A DNA stretch of 64,000 nucleotides from Microbotryum violaceum (Eukaryota): NCBI GenBank assembly GCA_001244265.2, contig CDLV01000005.1, forward strand, positions 496,001 to 560,000. Direction: 5' to 3'. The notes under the pieces are model-generated. The model saw only the letters and a list, made by a program, of their open reading frames with translations, had not been told where the DNA came from and did not search any database. Position numbers and translations under genes: made by a program. Positions within the stretch are counted from its first letter, which is position 1; every line of letters begins with the position of its first letter. Shown in pieces: positions 11,499-24,144 of this stretch.

Positions 11499-14349
11499 TC
11501 AAGCGTGAACGACTCCTTGCATCTCGTAGTTATCCGCATAACCCTCATCAATTTCCCCCTCGGCGTCAATATCGCCCATCGTATCCGTACCCGCATCAAA
11601 GCCCAAAGCCGATCCTTCGCCCGTCCCAGCGTTGGGGAAATTATTCTTCCACGATGTGAACTTGTGCGCCGAGCGGTTCTTGACAGCCTTTTTCTTCTTC
11701 TTGCTCGCTCCTCGTCCACCACCCGAGCCAGCCGTGGGTCCCGCAGGGGAGTCGGCGAACGAGGCTTCCGATCCGTACCAGTCGTTGAAGTCGGCATCGG
11801 TGGACCCAGTGATGGCGCGATCGCGAGGGGTTGCGAAGCTCGAGTACTGCGAATCGGGCTGCTCGTTCGACGAGGCGGGTGGGGCAAAGCTCGCAGATCG
11901 ATACTTGGATCTTGGCTCCTTGCCGGCAGAACCAGGGGTTAATCCGAGAAGAGCCGCGATCGCAGGAGCAGTGGTCGAGAGCTTGATCGATGTCCCTGAA
12001 GCTCGAGCCTTGCGACGGTAATTCGCAGCCGAACTGTCTTCCTCGTCCGAAATTGCAGCCGAGTAGGAATGACGACCAAGGCTCGAGCTTACGCGAGGGG
12101 TGCCGACGTTGCTTTCGGAAGGGGTAGGTGATCCTTCATCTCCCGATCCAACGGGCCGGCCAGGGCGCTTGCGCTTGTCCGTCTTGAGCGGCTTCGGGTG
12201 TGTGCCCAAACGGAGCATCTCGGCACCTCGGGCACCGTGGGCACCCGAGTGAGCGTAGTGGTACCGTAGACCATTCGCGCTGTGAAGGATGATCGTATCT
12301 CAGGGGAGATCGACTACGTAAAGGGAAAGCTGCGACTCACTTCTTGTAGGATCGGTCACAATCAGGGGACCAGCAGACGTGGGGCTTGGACTCGTCGAGT
12401 TCCATGGATCCGTCGGGCGCGACCGCCGCGGTGTGACATGTACCGTGGAGTGTGTGGTACTTAACACCATTGGCGTTCTTGAAGCGCTTGTCACATTCGG
12501 GGTTCGGGCACGCAAAAGGTTTGAGGGATGGCGGAGTCCAGTACGTTCCAGCGAGCGATCGTTCGCCGACGTCCGCCGCATTTGCAGGTGTCGGTCGAGA
12601 GCGAGCTGAATACGGAAGTTAGGAAAATATGTGAGCCTTCATCAGCAACTCGATGTCTCCCTTAGGAATCTGACTTAGAGAGAGTTGCTCACCAGCCCTG
12701 CCCCGACCTCGGCCACCTCTCGTTCCACCTCCACCACGCTGCCGAACCCCAAACTCCTCATCCTCGCTATCCATCATGATCTCGCCATCGTCATCCCACA
12801 TGTCCAAACCGTATCCACCAGGATTGTTCGGATCCCACCCGAGCCGTTGTCGCTTCGGGATAGGTTGTCCATACTCATCGTACTCCTGGGCATAGTACTC
12901 CTCGAGATAAGCTCCTGCTCCGTCGTAATATTCTCCATGCTCGACCGCAATCGTTTCGTCCGCAAGATCGGCCCACCGACCTGCGAGTTTCAACTTCTGT
13001 CCTCCCTCTGGTGATGGTCCTCCGATGAGCGGTGGGAGCGGAACAGGCGCGAGCACGGTTCCGTCCGGTCCGACCTGAGCAGCAGCCGGTATCGGCTCGT
13101 TGAAATAGACCAAGCGAGGGGATGCGGCACGTTCGCGCTCGATTCCAGCGTTGGTATTTGCCCTGCGTTGTAGGTATACTGGCTCACGACTGCCACTCTT
13201 GGGTGCGGCGACATCCGGCAGAGGTCGATCACGCGAGGGGGCTTTGCGCATCGGTCCACTTTCTCGGACGGGAGCTCGGTTCCCTGCTGGCGCTGCGGGC
13301 ACCCGAGACGACGCAGCGACGACGCGGTACGATACATCGGGGACAGGTTGGTTGTGAACCGGTAGCGAAGAGGCCACGCGAGCCGAGTAGGCTGGTGCGG
13401 CAGTGTAGTTCGGTCTCGAGCCGGCGCCGGCAGAATTCTGCTGCTTGATCATCGCCTGGGGTCGGATCGAGCTAGGCGTCAAGAGCTTGCCTTGTCCGTT
13501 GTAGTACGGAGAGGACGTAGCAGGAGAAGGAGCCAGGCCGCCATTTCGGTAATAGGGTCCATCTTGCATCGGACGAGAAGAGACGGGACGGGGTGGGGGG
13601 CCAGGGGCGCCCGGTCGTCGGAACGGTGGTGGTGGCGCCCTGGGAACGTAGACATAGTGCGGTCCTACGGTATCGAGAGACCTTATCAGTGATGTCAAAT
13701 TTTCCAAAGAATAGAAAAAGGCATTAGTGCAAGCTCACCTTGGCGAGCGCGCTCGTTCTCGGTCTCGGGGTACGGTTGAGCCGGTCTTGGTGCTGGAAGA
13801 TCCGGTAACGCCGACGCACGTGAGGCCAGGTCTAGGGTCACGACGAGATACAAGATGCATCCACTTGAAAATTCAGACTCACTCATGAATCCAGTTTGGC
13901 TGGACGAACGAGGATGCAGCGGTGCGGGCACGAGTTTGACCTCGAGCGAGCGATTTTTCCTCAGATCAACCCCGAACGGTGCGAGCAGCGACGAAAATGA
14001 CGGCTGGCCCAAACCGGCCGAACGAGGTCGAACCGACGTGGATCTGTACCGTGTCGAAAGCGCGAGAAGTGGCGATGTACCGGGGTGAGTGGGTGGCCAG
14101 GAGGTAGAGGATCCCAGCTCGCACTCACGTTGATGCCTTGTTGAGCAAAAAGTCCTCCGGTGCTGGTACGACCTCGATACCATCTTCGGACGTGCGCTCG
14201 TTCGAGACGGGATCGCCCGCAGAATCATAGCGCTCGAACGGGAGCAGCGGTCGAGACGGATCCGCCAACATCGCACTCACGCTCGGGGCGACGCCGGTGG
14301 CCAAGGCAGGGCTGTCAGCGGAGCCTGGGCGAGTCGCGAGGTCCGCCAT
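11499..14349 (-). CDS. C2H2 zinc-finger protein with tandem Sfp1/JAZF1-type fingers
   Basis: Spliced reading 12520->12249 gives KPFACPNPECDKRFKNANGVKYHTLHG...KPHVCWSPDCDRSYKNANGLRYHYAHSGAHG; intron 12280-12340 splits finger 2. Joins ORFs 14125..14472, 13695..14276, 12619..13707 and 11499..12218. Confidence 0.8.
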
Positions 14350-15084
14350 GCTGTTGCAACACGGTTCAGTAGCAACCGAGGAGGAGTCACAGGATGGGAA
14401 TAAGGCCGAACCCAACGAGTGTCTTCGGTCAGCAAAGTGACCCGTGGCAGGCCGGTAGTGGAAGAAAAACAAGGAGCACAGGTGCGAGCAGAGCAGCGCG
14501 CGCGCGCGAGAATTTTTGCATGTCGAAATCTTCCGAAGCCTTGGGCCAGCACGTCGCCTCAGCCCTCCACAGCCTGCCTGACGACGTGCTCAGTCGTGCT
14601 TGAAACCGTACGCCGCCGACTTTAGCATCTGCAGCGCCGTTTGCTGCCGTTTCGGGCTTTCTGATCTGCTTTGGTGCCCGTGTTGTAACATTGTGAACTC
14701 CTTGCCAAAGGAGACTTTCCAGTCTGTTTTTCATTGTGCTTAGGTCGGCGTGAACGGGTGACCTGCCTTTGCTTCGGCCTGAGCTGCAGTGCAGCGTCAT
14801 CATCGGTCCAATTCGGCCTGAAGCCTTCTATAAAAGGCTTCCTTGAACTTGGCGGCGGGCCGCCGTTCGCGCCGTGCGGAGCAGACTGTGCCGGGTACCA
14901 CTACCGGGATACGAGATCGAACTCCCACCCTTGTTGGCCATGAGGAGCACTTGTACAACGCAAATGAACATGCTACCGGTCCACATCGTCGATCTGGGCA
15001 TCAGCGCCCCTGTTGGCTGTCGCCGCGGCGTGCCCTGAGCCTCCGACCGGGTGGCATGTGTCACGGCTAGATCTCGATCACTCA

Positions 15085-15330
15085 TGGCTCGCGCGCCCTC
15101 GCAGGCCCTCGCGCGGCGCGCGTGTGCTCAAACGTGCTCCGAGTCGCTGGCCGACTTGATAGCTCTGTTCGTCACTCTTCCGTCAGAGTCGCATACTCCC
15201 TACTACTTCGTTCTTGGTGCGCTTCTTGCATCTTTCGTCGGCCCAGCTGGACTTTTGGTTTTTCCCGCCTCTTTATTCGCCTTCTCGCGCTCCCAGTAGC
15301 TGCTGTCGTCACAGCCGTCCGACGCGTGTG
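15085..15330 (+). promoter_or_regulatory. MCB-like (ACGCGT / CGCG) elements upstream of the Cdt1-like gene
   Basis: ACGCGT at 15322-15327 and CGCG clusters at ~15089-15124. G1/S replication genes in fungi often carry MCB sites, but CGCG is common in this GC-rich DNA. Confidence 0.25.
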
Positions 15331-17848
15331 ATGTCACGTCGTGCCGGTTCGACTTGGTGCTCGTCGCCCTACTCGTCGTCCTCAGCAGCGACCCCTCCCA
15401 CACCAGCTTCAGCCTCGCGCATCACACCTCGTGAAGCCGGATTGTCTTCTTCGCCGAGCAGGTCGAGTGGTACCAAGCGTCGTGGGCAACAGTGAGTTCT
15501 TCCTCGCCCCCATTGAGGCGCCTCGGGGCGAGCTCTCCGAAGCTCAAGTGTGAGACGATCACGTTGAGTACCGCAGCGTACCGCACTCAGTACACTTCCA
15601 GACCCTTGATTCGGAATATCCACTGACTTTGTGGCTACATGTGACTGGACAGACGTGCATCGACACCTCCGACTTCTTCCCCTTCGTCGGTCCTGAACGG
15701 AGCCGCCTCCCCCCACTCGTCACCTACCATCGCCGTCAAGTTCGCGGGCAAGATCTTCCGCACCCTCGACACCAGGCTACAGGGTGTAGAATACTCGAGC
15801 GAAGCCAATTTTTTGGGCGAACCGGACGAGCAAGTCGGCGACCTCGAACGCGAACGGGCTGACGAACGGCGGAAGCGACTCGAGCGAGCGATGCTCGTCG
15901 AAGCTCCCGAGACGACGGACAAGAGACGACGCGGCACTCTGGACCCGCTCAAAGATACCGAACCATCGAAGCGGGCTCGGACATTGCTCAGTCGTCACGA
16001 GTCGCTGTCCTCACTCTCTGCTTCGTCCCCGACGACATCTCCCGTCAAGGCCGAGACACCGACAAGACGACGACCAGGTCGAAGTCGACTCGAGGCCGCG
16101 CGAACACCGTCTCCTCCACCAGCGCCCTTCTTGGCACGGACGCTACCCACATCCTCTGCCGCATTAAGCCAGGCATTTGCTCTCGAAACAGCGTTGTCAA
16201 AAAAGAACTCGCTTCCTCCAGCACTCGCCGACCTCGTCGCATTGCATGCCGCACTCGAGGGCGCCTTGATCATGCACCTCGGCACGTCAGGGTGGGCAGT
16301 CGCATCATCAGCAGTGACGGAGCACCATCAGGATGGTAGCTCGACAATACGTATTCCTAACTTGATTGATCTCGATGATCTGACCAAGATGCTGCAGAGC
16401 GGGGCACGGCGGTTCGGGCAGCGTGAGCTTGCTCGGCTGGTCTGGGCGTGGCAGGGGTGTGACATGTCGGAGGCATCGAGCAGTGACGGCGAAGTGAGCG
16501 ATGATGAGCTCATGATCGAGCACCGCCGAGAAGGCGAGGCCGGTGGACTAGGCTTCATCGTTTCCAAGACACGCGTGGGACGAGCGGGCAAAATTGAGAA
16601 CACGTACGGCGTCGGCATTTCGGTCTCGCTCAAGTCGAACCCTCAGCTGCCCAAGTTCGAGCTCTTGCCTCCGACGTCGCCCTCCCAGCGCTCCAACAAG
16701 GCCCCCGAGGCTCCTCCGAGTCCTAGTAGTTTGGGCCGAGGTCGCGACGGGATGAGCGTCGTTGCTCTTTGGACACAGGGCAAGAACGCTCGAAGGACAG
16801 AGCTCGAAAGACGCCTCCGCGCGTGGGGCAAGCGATGCTCTCGAGCCGAGCAGGTGCGGATTAGCCCCATTTACAACCCTTCGTTGCCACCTTTCCCATC
16901 CGAACTCCCTGAGATCCCAGGGGCGACCCTCCCCTCGCTTGAAGCAGCAGCGATCGCGGTTCCTGGCACATTGTCACCGAGTCCGAAGAAACCGCGTGCA
17001 CCTGTGAACGACGTCTTTGGCCCCGCCGTACCTATTGCGGGCCCGAATCGCTCGGTTCTGATGCTGCTCGAAGAATCGGTGGTCAAACATCCTCCGTCGG
17101 CCGCCAAGGTCAAGGCGAGCGAGAGGAACCGAATGATGCGCGAGAGAGTCAGTCACCTGTAACAGCAATCTGGACAGACATGTACGCTGACACCTGACCT
17201 TTGTTATTCATCCGCAGCTCGCTGCGAAACACGCCGAGTCCTTGCTGCCCTCGACGAATCAGGCTTTTCTGTCCTCGATCGCCGAAGCCGCGTCACCGTC
17301 CAAGAGTCTCAAACGACAACGCAAGGGTGAAGCTGAGGAAGCATGGTCGGTCGAGAAGGATATTTATAAACGCAACGCCATCATCAGTCGACTGGGTAAC
17401 ATCGCTGACGTGGTCGCCATGTTCTCCAAGTGAGTCGGCTACTAGGTTTAGTCCTCGCGATTTTGGGTCGTCTTACTGACCGGTCTGAGGATCCGCTTTG
17501 TAGCAAATGCGGTGGTCGGCCGAGTTTGGTTTATGATATTGCATTGGCCGTTGCAAACAGTCCCCTGGTCAAAATCGGAGAAGGTGCGTCGCTGCTCCCC
17601 CACAACCCCTCACTCGTCAAATTTCTTTTGCGAATGCTGACTTTATGCCGACCCCAATCCCCACAGACGAGGCGATGGAATCCTTGCACATGCTCTGCAA
17701 ACTCTTCCCCGACTTTTCGACTATCAAAGCCGTCGATCGACAGGACTGGTTGTACGTCAAACGCGAGGCGCGCCCGACGGTCGTCAAAGCGCGGGTGGCC
17801 GAAGAGTTGGAAGCGGTTCGGAGAAGGGGTGATAGTAGCTTGGCGTGA
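15331..17848 (+). CDS. CDT1: DNA replication licensing factor Cdt1-like
   Basis: Disordered S/T-P-rich N-terminus, central LVALHAALEGALIMHL domain, and C-terminal winged-helix-like region (RLGNIADVV...DEAMESLHMLCKLFPDF...DWLYV) assembled over several introns. Confidence 0.7.
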
Positions 17849-18392
17849 TACATATACTCGTGTTTACAGTTGGAACTACTTGGAATTCGTTCATTGTTGC
17901 AATTCAGTCTTGGTAACATACGAATCGAAGAAGATCGGCCGCGATCGACACGGCAGCCGCGGGATTGGTGCAGGCGCGTAGGCCGGTGCGGCGGCGGCCG
18001 CCGCGTCGCGCCCGCCCGGAAACTGGTTCCCGGTGCTAGCTCATCTGCACGATGAGCAGCAGCTGAATCGAAGGCCGTCGGGGCGCGGCGTTGGTAACCT
18101 TTTTAAAGTTACCGCCTAATTTGGAGAGTGTGATCTCGGCAGCGTTTCGTACGGCTTCGAAGCTTAGGCCTAGTTGCAAGGAAAAAGAACCTCCTCTCGG
18201 GCTCGCGTCAAAGATGTAGCGGACCGTGGATCCCGCATCCGAGCTGCCCCTAGCGCCACGCCGAGCCGAACCCCACTTTTGCCCCCCGCTCTCCACGATC
18301 ACTCCCTTGCTCTTCTCACTCTCTCCCTCCTCCCTCGCGCTTTCGGTACCCCGCCTTGCTCCCCTCAAGTCACATCAACCCATAATCTCATC

Positions 18393-21009
18393 ATGGACTC
18401 GTTCCAAAAGTACTTCGACGAGAACACACTCCAAGTGCTCGCCTTGGCTCCCTCGGTGCTCGTCGCTCTTGTCTACGCGATCCCCTTTCTGACCGTCCAC
18501 GCAAGTCTAGCCAAGTACCCCGGCCCGGTCCTCGCCAAGTTCTCGAGGTTATGGCTGGCAATCAAGTCGAGGTTCGGCGTAAGGAGTTTGTCCGTACATG
18601 AGTTGCATATGAAGCATGGCAAATTCGTTAGGATCGGCCCGAATGAGTTAGTTGCTCCCTTGACTTTTTTTTTCCTTACCGGAAAGGGTTCGTTTTGTAC
18701 ACGATTTGCGAGTACGCGACACCTCTTCGACCTGCCTCTATGTCGAGATTGCCGAGATGGCCCCCAAGTACCATGATCGTCCTGTCGAGACGCTAGGCTT
18801 CGGCGCCCGATTTTCCTCTTTTCGAAAGCGGGGACGGCCGTGGGCCGCGACGGCACTCCATCGTCATCGGCGCTCACCCACCCATCCCCGCTGACACTTT
18901 GACCGGTAACGCTGACGCCGTCGGTGCTCCTCACCCCTGCACTTGCTTACAGAGTCTCGATTGCCGACCCCGCGGCACTCCCCATCGTCTACGGCCATGG
19001 CACTGGATCCCTCAAGTCTGATTTTTACTCCGTGAGTGTTTGTGATCCGCGCCGTCTCCTCCATAAACCGTTTCGACGAAGCTGGCCCTGAGACCAAAGG
19101 AGTTCGCCGCCCCGACGGCATGCCGTGCGTGTGCACGAGTACCGATCTGACGGACCGGGATTATTCAATCCGACTCGTCGTGTCACGTGTCTGGAGCAGC
19201 AGCGTACGTTCGATCGAGATCGGCTCGGCTGACACGCTTGCTCAATCGTACAGGCTTTCGTCGCTGTCCGAACCGGTCTCTTCAACACCCGTGATCGACA
19301 GGAGCACACTCGCAAGCGCAAGGTGAGACCCTTTGGTGATCGAGCTCATTTTCACAGAATGCTTTTCCACTTTTCACCCAGCTGAATTTTCGGCTACCTC
19401 GCATCTCATAGATCGTCGCCCACACCTTCAGTCAAAAAAGTGTCCAAGAGTTCGAGCCTTACATCGCCGAGACCGTTCGTCTCCTGCTCAAAAAGTGGGA
19501 CGAGCTGTGCGACAGGGCCAAGAATGGAGCGAGTGGAGGCGCCCTCAAGGGCTACGCCGTGTATGTTGGTTTGATTACTGCGATTCAGAGGTATATGCCT
19601 GACTAATCGAAACGGAACAACCCGCCAGAATCGAGACCCTTGACTGGTACAACGCTCTTGCCTTTGAGTGAGTTGTTGCCGGGAAGAGTTCGGCAATACC
19701 AGTGCTGACCAAACCCTACGAACACTGTCTACCCCAGCACCATCGGCGACCTCGCTTTCGGCTCACCCTTTGGCATGCTCGAACGAGATGCCGCCGACAT
19801 CGTCGCCATCACCCGCGAGGACGGCAGCGTCTTCCATGCCCCCGCCGTCAAGATCCTCAATGAGCGCGGCGAATTCTCGGCGACGCAAGGTGCTCTCCCT
19901 CCCTTCATCCGTCCCTACACCAAGTACTTTGACCCTTGGTTCGCACGAGGTCTCGCATCCGTTAACAACCTCAGCGGTGTAAGTAATTCTTTACTTGAGG
20001 CAAGATTTGTATCGACATCAAGCTCAAACGATGTTACCTACAGATCGCTCGCCACCGCGTCGGAAAGCGCCTCGAGGAAGGCAGTGGTGATCGCAAAGAC
20101 ATTCTCGCGCACTTGTTGGCTGCTCGAGATGGTGAAGGCAAGAAGATGCCCCGTGATGAACTGACAGCAGAAGGTGAGCGCACAGCTGTTGTCCCGCCTA
20201 GGTGTTTAACGGTCCGCATGCTAAAGCTTTCATTCCACTCGCAGCTCTGACTCAACTCATTGCCGGCTCGGACACAACCTCGAATTCGTCCTGCGCTATC
20301 ATGTACTACATCGTCAAGAACCCCCGCGTCCACAAGAAGCTGCAAGCCGAACTTGATGAGGCGTTCGGAGCCGGCGGCATGGATGGTGTTTTGGACTATG
20401 CCGATGTCAAGGCGCTTCCGTACTTGCAGGCTTGCATTAACGAGGCGCTTCGAAGGCATTCGACGTCTGGAATGGGTCTTCGTGAGTTTGCGTTCTTCGT
20501 GATTGATCTTGTTGGGTTGCAAGATGCTAACCTGCCAGGTCCCTCTCATTAGCTCGTCTCATGACGCAAGAGACCGAAGTGTGCGGCGAAGTTTTCAAAG
20601 CTGGCACAATCCTCTCGGTCCCCTCGTACACGATCCACCACCTCAACGAAGTCTGGGGCGACCCATGGGAGTATCGCCCCGAGCGATGGCTCGAGCAAGG
20701 CGGCAAGGACCTCGAGACCAAGTGCCTCAACATCTTCTCCTTTGGTCCAAGGTCGTGCGTTGGCAGGAACGTGGCAATGATGGAGTTGTTGATTTTTGTT
20801 GCGACGTTCGTCTACCGATATGATTTCAAGCTCGCTGAAGGGGAGAACCAGCAGCTGGAAGTTGCCGAGGGCTTTCTGAGGAAGGTGAGTCAGGAAAGCA
20901 CATCAAAACCCTAATATCCACGAGCATAAAGCTTACTCGTGCGATTCTTTTCCTTCAGCCTTTGGGATGCAAGATGGGTATCAAGCGTCGAACAGTAGAG
21001 GAGATTTGA
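18393..21009 (+). CDS. CYP53: Cytochrome P450, CYP53 family (benzoate 4-monooxygenase-like)
   Basis: N-terminal anchor, YPGPVLAKFS, VRIGPNE, YGHGTGSLKSDFY, GLFNTRDRQEHTRKRK, AGSDTT, EALR (ExxR), PERW, heme motif FSFGPRSCVG, and EGFLRK|PLGC ending. Confidence 0.92.
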
Positions 21010-21344
21010 GGAGGTGAGAATGAACAAAATGGAATGACGGATCCGAAGCGTTACTGCTAGGCACCAGTGTACGATTTCGTTGCTTTCTTTTATGCTCTGT
21101 CTGGGTTTTGTGTAGCTTGAATATTGTACAATCACGAATCTGTCACAACTTGATTTGGGTGGATCGACTGTGACATGGTTGCGGATGACCGAGGGCGGCC
21201 GGCTGCTCCACCGGAACCGAGCCGGCTACCCGGCCGACGCCCGGCCGAGGTACCATCTCCGCGTCGGGGGAAGTGACTGGGAATTGCGAGCGCCGGCGGA
21301 CTTGTGATCACTTTCGCTCCATCCTCGCAACTCGATTCTAAGCA

Positions 21345-23413
21345 ATGGCAAATACCAACCCCGTCATCGGTGTGGTCTTGTTGGCTCGACATGGTGATCG
21401 AGCAGGTGAGCCGGGCCGAGGATACACACTGCAGATGTTTTGCCCGTCACCTGCAGTGGCTCGGAGCTGACTTGACGATCTTGTCACTTCTCAGGCTTCT
21501 ATCAAGTGAGCAGCCCCACCCCACCCTACCTCAACGCCGGCGCACGCATTCGCATCAAGCCATACTAACCGATTCCTCTCTCCTACAGAACCCCAACACC
21601 TACGCAGCCTCCAACACCTCCATCACCCCCCTAGGCGAACAACAACTCTACCAAGTCGGCAACATGCTCCGAACGATATACGCCGACCCATCCTCGGACC
21701 GAGCGATTCAGGGTTTGAGCAATTCGACGCTCAATGCTGCGCAGATCAATTCGACAGCTGATGGAGGGGGAGAAGGAGGTGAGTTCGGTCTTGGGTGGGG
21801 TGGTGCGTGGTTTGTAGGGTGTTCCTGACGAAGGATTCAGTTGTTTGGCGCTTGGCTCGGGAACAGGCGTGATTTTTGATTCGGCGGTAAGTCTCGGAAT
21901 TCTTTCTTTCGAGCTGGGGGTTCGGGCCCAGGGCTCATAAGTGTGTGGCGATATGGTTCAACTACAACAGGTCGCTCTTTGGCAAGGATTCTATCCTCCC
22001 AACGCAACGTGAGTCTTGGAAGGGCCGCCTCGGATTTCGTGGGAATGATTCGACCTGACCCACTTTGACCTGAAATGCAGCGTTTCTTCCGAAACCCTCG
22101 CCAACGGGACCAACGTTACCTCGCCTCTGAACGGCTATCAAACTCTGCAAATTAACACGGTCCTTCCAGCCGACGATGTCGACTTTGAATGTCAGTTCCA
22201 TCCTGCCGGCGACCCTCCTCGGCGTTGTTGCTGACATTCTCAATCGTGCTTGCTCTCTCCAGCCTGGGTCAACTGCGAAACATGGGCGAATCGAACCAAC
22301 GAGTTCTACAACTCGACCGTCTTCCTCGCCAAGACCGCCGAGTCAGGCCCCTTTCTCAAAAGTCTCCAAACGGCCGGACTCGTCGGCGGCCGCAATGTCT
22401 CGCTCGTCAACGCGTACAACCTCTACGACTTTATTAACGTGCAGCGCATCCACAACGCGACGTACTCGGCTTTGCTCGACACCAATGGGCCTTACACCCT
22501 AAATGCGATGAGGGCATTGGCAGACTTCCACGAGTATGGCTCTTTCACCGATTCGTCGGAGAGTGGGATTGGGAACATCGCTGGCCGCACGTTCTTGCCG
22601 AGGGTTCTGGCTTCGTTCGACCAGTTCGCCAATGGGACAGAGGTCAAGATTGCGCATTATCAGATGTCTTACAAGCGTGAGTGAAGCCTCTAGATTCAAT
22701 TTTGAGGCCTATTCGGTAGGACTCTGACTGTTCATCCCTGGTCCCGCGCAGCCTTCTTGTCCGTCTTCAACATGACCGACCTGTCCGCCGCCGGATTTGC
22801 CGGAGCCACCGCCATAGTCGACTACGGCTCGGTCGCAACGTTCGAGCTTCGCAAGTCCATGACAAACTCGACCGGATTCGATGTACGATTTGGGTTCCGT
22901 AATGGTTCCTTCGGTGGCACAATTCCCGTGAGTGTGCCATCTAGTCTCGTTGCCTCGGTGTGTGGCGTAGACTGAACATGTTTGTTACTCAATTACCAGT
23001 TTGACTTCACGTACTACCCCTTGTTCGGCTCATCATCCGTCGATATCCCTCTAGCGTCATTCGAAACCCAACTCGCCTCTTCCATCATCCCCAACACGAC
23101 CGCATGGTGTCACGCCTGTTCCAACACCCTCAACTCGGGGTGCGCAACCGTGGCCCTAGCAGACAAGTACGAGGAACTATTCCAACAATCCTCAAGCGAA
23201 TCTCACTTCTCCCCCGTCGGAGCAGGCTTCATCGGATTCGCAGTAACGGCTGTATTGGGTGCCCTGATCTTGTTGCTCTTGGCTCGGTTGGGTTGGGTCA
23301 GTTTCGGATCGAGGCAACAGAGGAATAGAGATTTGTATCCGCTCAGGCTGGGGGGACCGGCGAAGAATGTTGCTGGCGAGGATGCGGGGAGTGTGGCTTC
23401 GAGTCACTTTTGA
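21345..23413 (+). CDS. Histidine acid phosphatase-family protein with C-terminal transmembrane anchor
   Basis: MANTNPVIGVVLLARHGDR (RHGxR motif), ITPLGEQQLYQVG, many N-x-S/T sites, C-terminal GAGFIGFAVTAVLGALILLLL helix; several micro-exons. Confidence 0.88.
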
Positions 23414-23604
23414 GAAGAGGAACAGTCATAGTATCTTGGATGTATTCTTGTTGGACGGAGTTTGTGCCTTCTTGAGTGGTATCGCGATTATGTGTTGGAA
23501 CCTGTTAGCTGTTTGGGAAAGGCCGGGAAATGTGTATAAGCCCTGGAAAATATCGATGACTCCACAGTTCGTCCGGTAGACAGGTGATGAATCCACGCAG
23601 ACTA

Positions 23605-23723
23605 GTTTTCCATCCGCCCTTTAGGATGCAAGATGGTATCAAGCGTCGTGCGGTCGAGGAGGTCTGAAGTGTAGATGGATGACGCATGTCCATGGTCATA
23701 GTAGTATTTTATCCTTCTCTGGG
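23605..23723 (+). pseudogene. Decayed duplicate of the CYP53 last exon and 3' UTR
   Basis: 23618-23667 CCTTTAGGATGCAAGATG-GTATCAAGCGTCGTGCGGTCGAGGAGGTCTGA aligns with 20959-21009 CCTTTGGGATGCAAGATGGGTATCAAGCGTCGAACAGTAGAGGAGATTTGA; 1-nt deletion and no acceptor AG. Confidence 0.8.
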
Positions 23724-23828
23724 AGTACTCTTCTCGTCCATACTCACGGAGCTTTTTCAGCCTTGCAGACTTCGCTTCCCTCCCTTATCACGGTATACGC
23801 AATGATACTGTTACTGAAAGCAAACAAA

Positions 23829-23829
<1 letters not shown>

Positions 23830-23860
<31 letters not shown>
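23830..23860 (+). repeat. Poly(A) tract, 31 nt
   Basis: Direct reading; flanked by GCAAACA on both sides. Confidence 0.95.
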
Positions 23861-23861
<1 letters not shown>

Positions 23862-24144
23862 CAAACAGTGGTCACGCCTTATCAATGCGGTGCCAGACGC
23901 GCCCCGCTTGATCGGTAGACGCCGCGCGCCGCCGATAGTCTGTAATCGCCGCGTTTGAAATTGGGGTTTAGGGACGTCGATGAGGTCGATAACCCCGGCC
24001 GTCACTTCCTCTCGGAATCCCGCGGACCAGCGGACCTCGTAGGATTTGCGCTCGTCTCTACGGCCCGTCGTTGTCCCCTTGAGTCCATCCTGCGTCGTCG
24101 CCGTTTCGTGTTTTGGGGTTAGGCCATAGACCCGTATCTCTACG

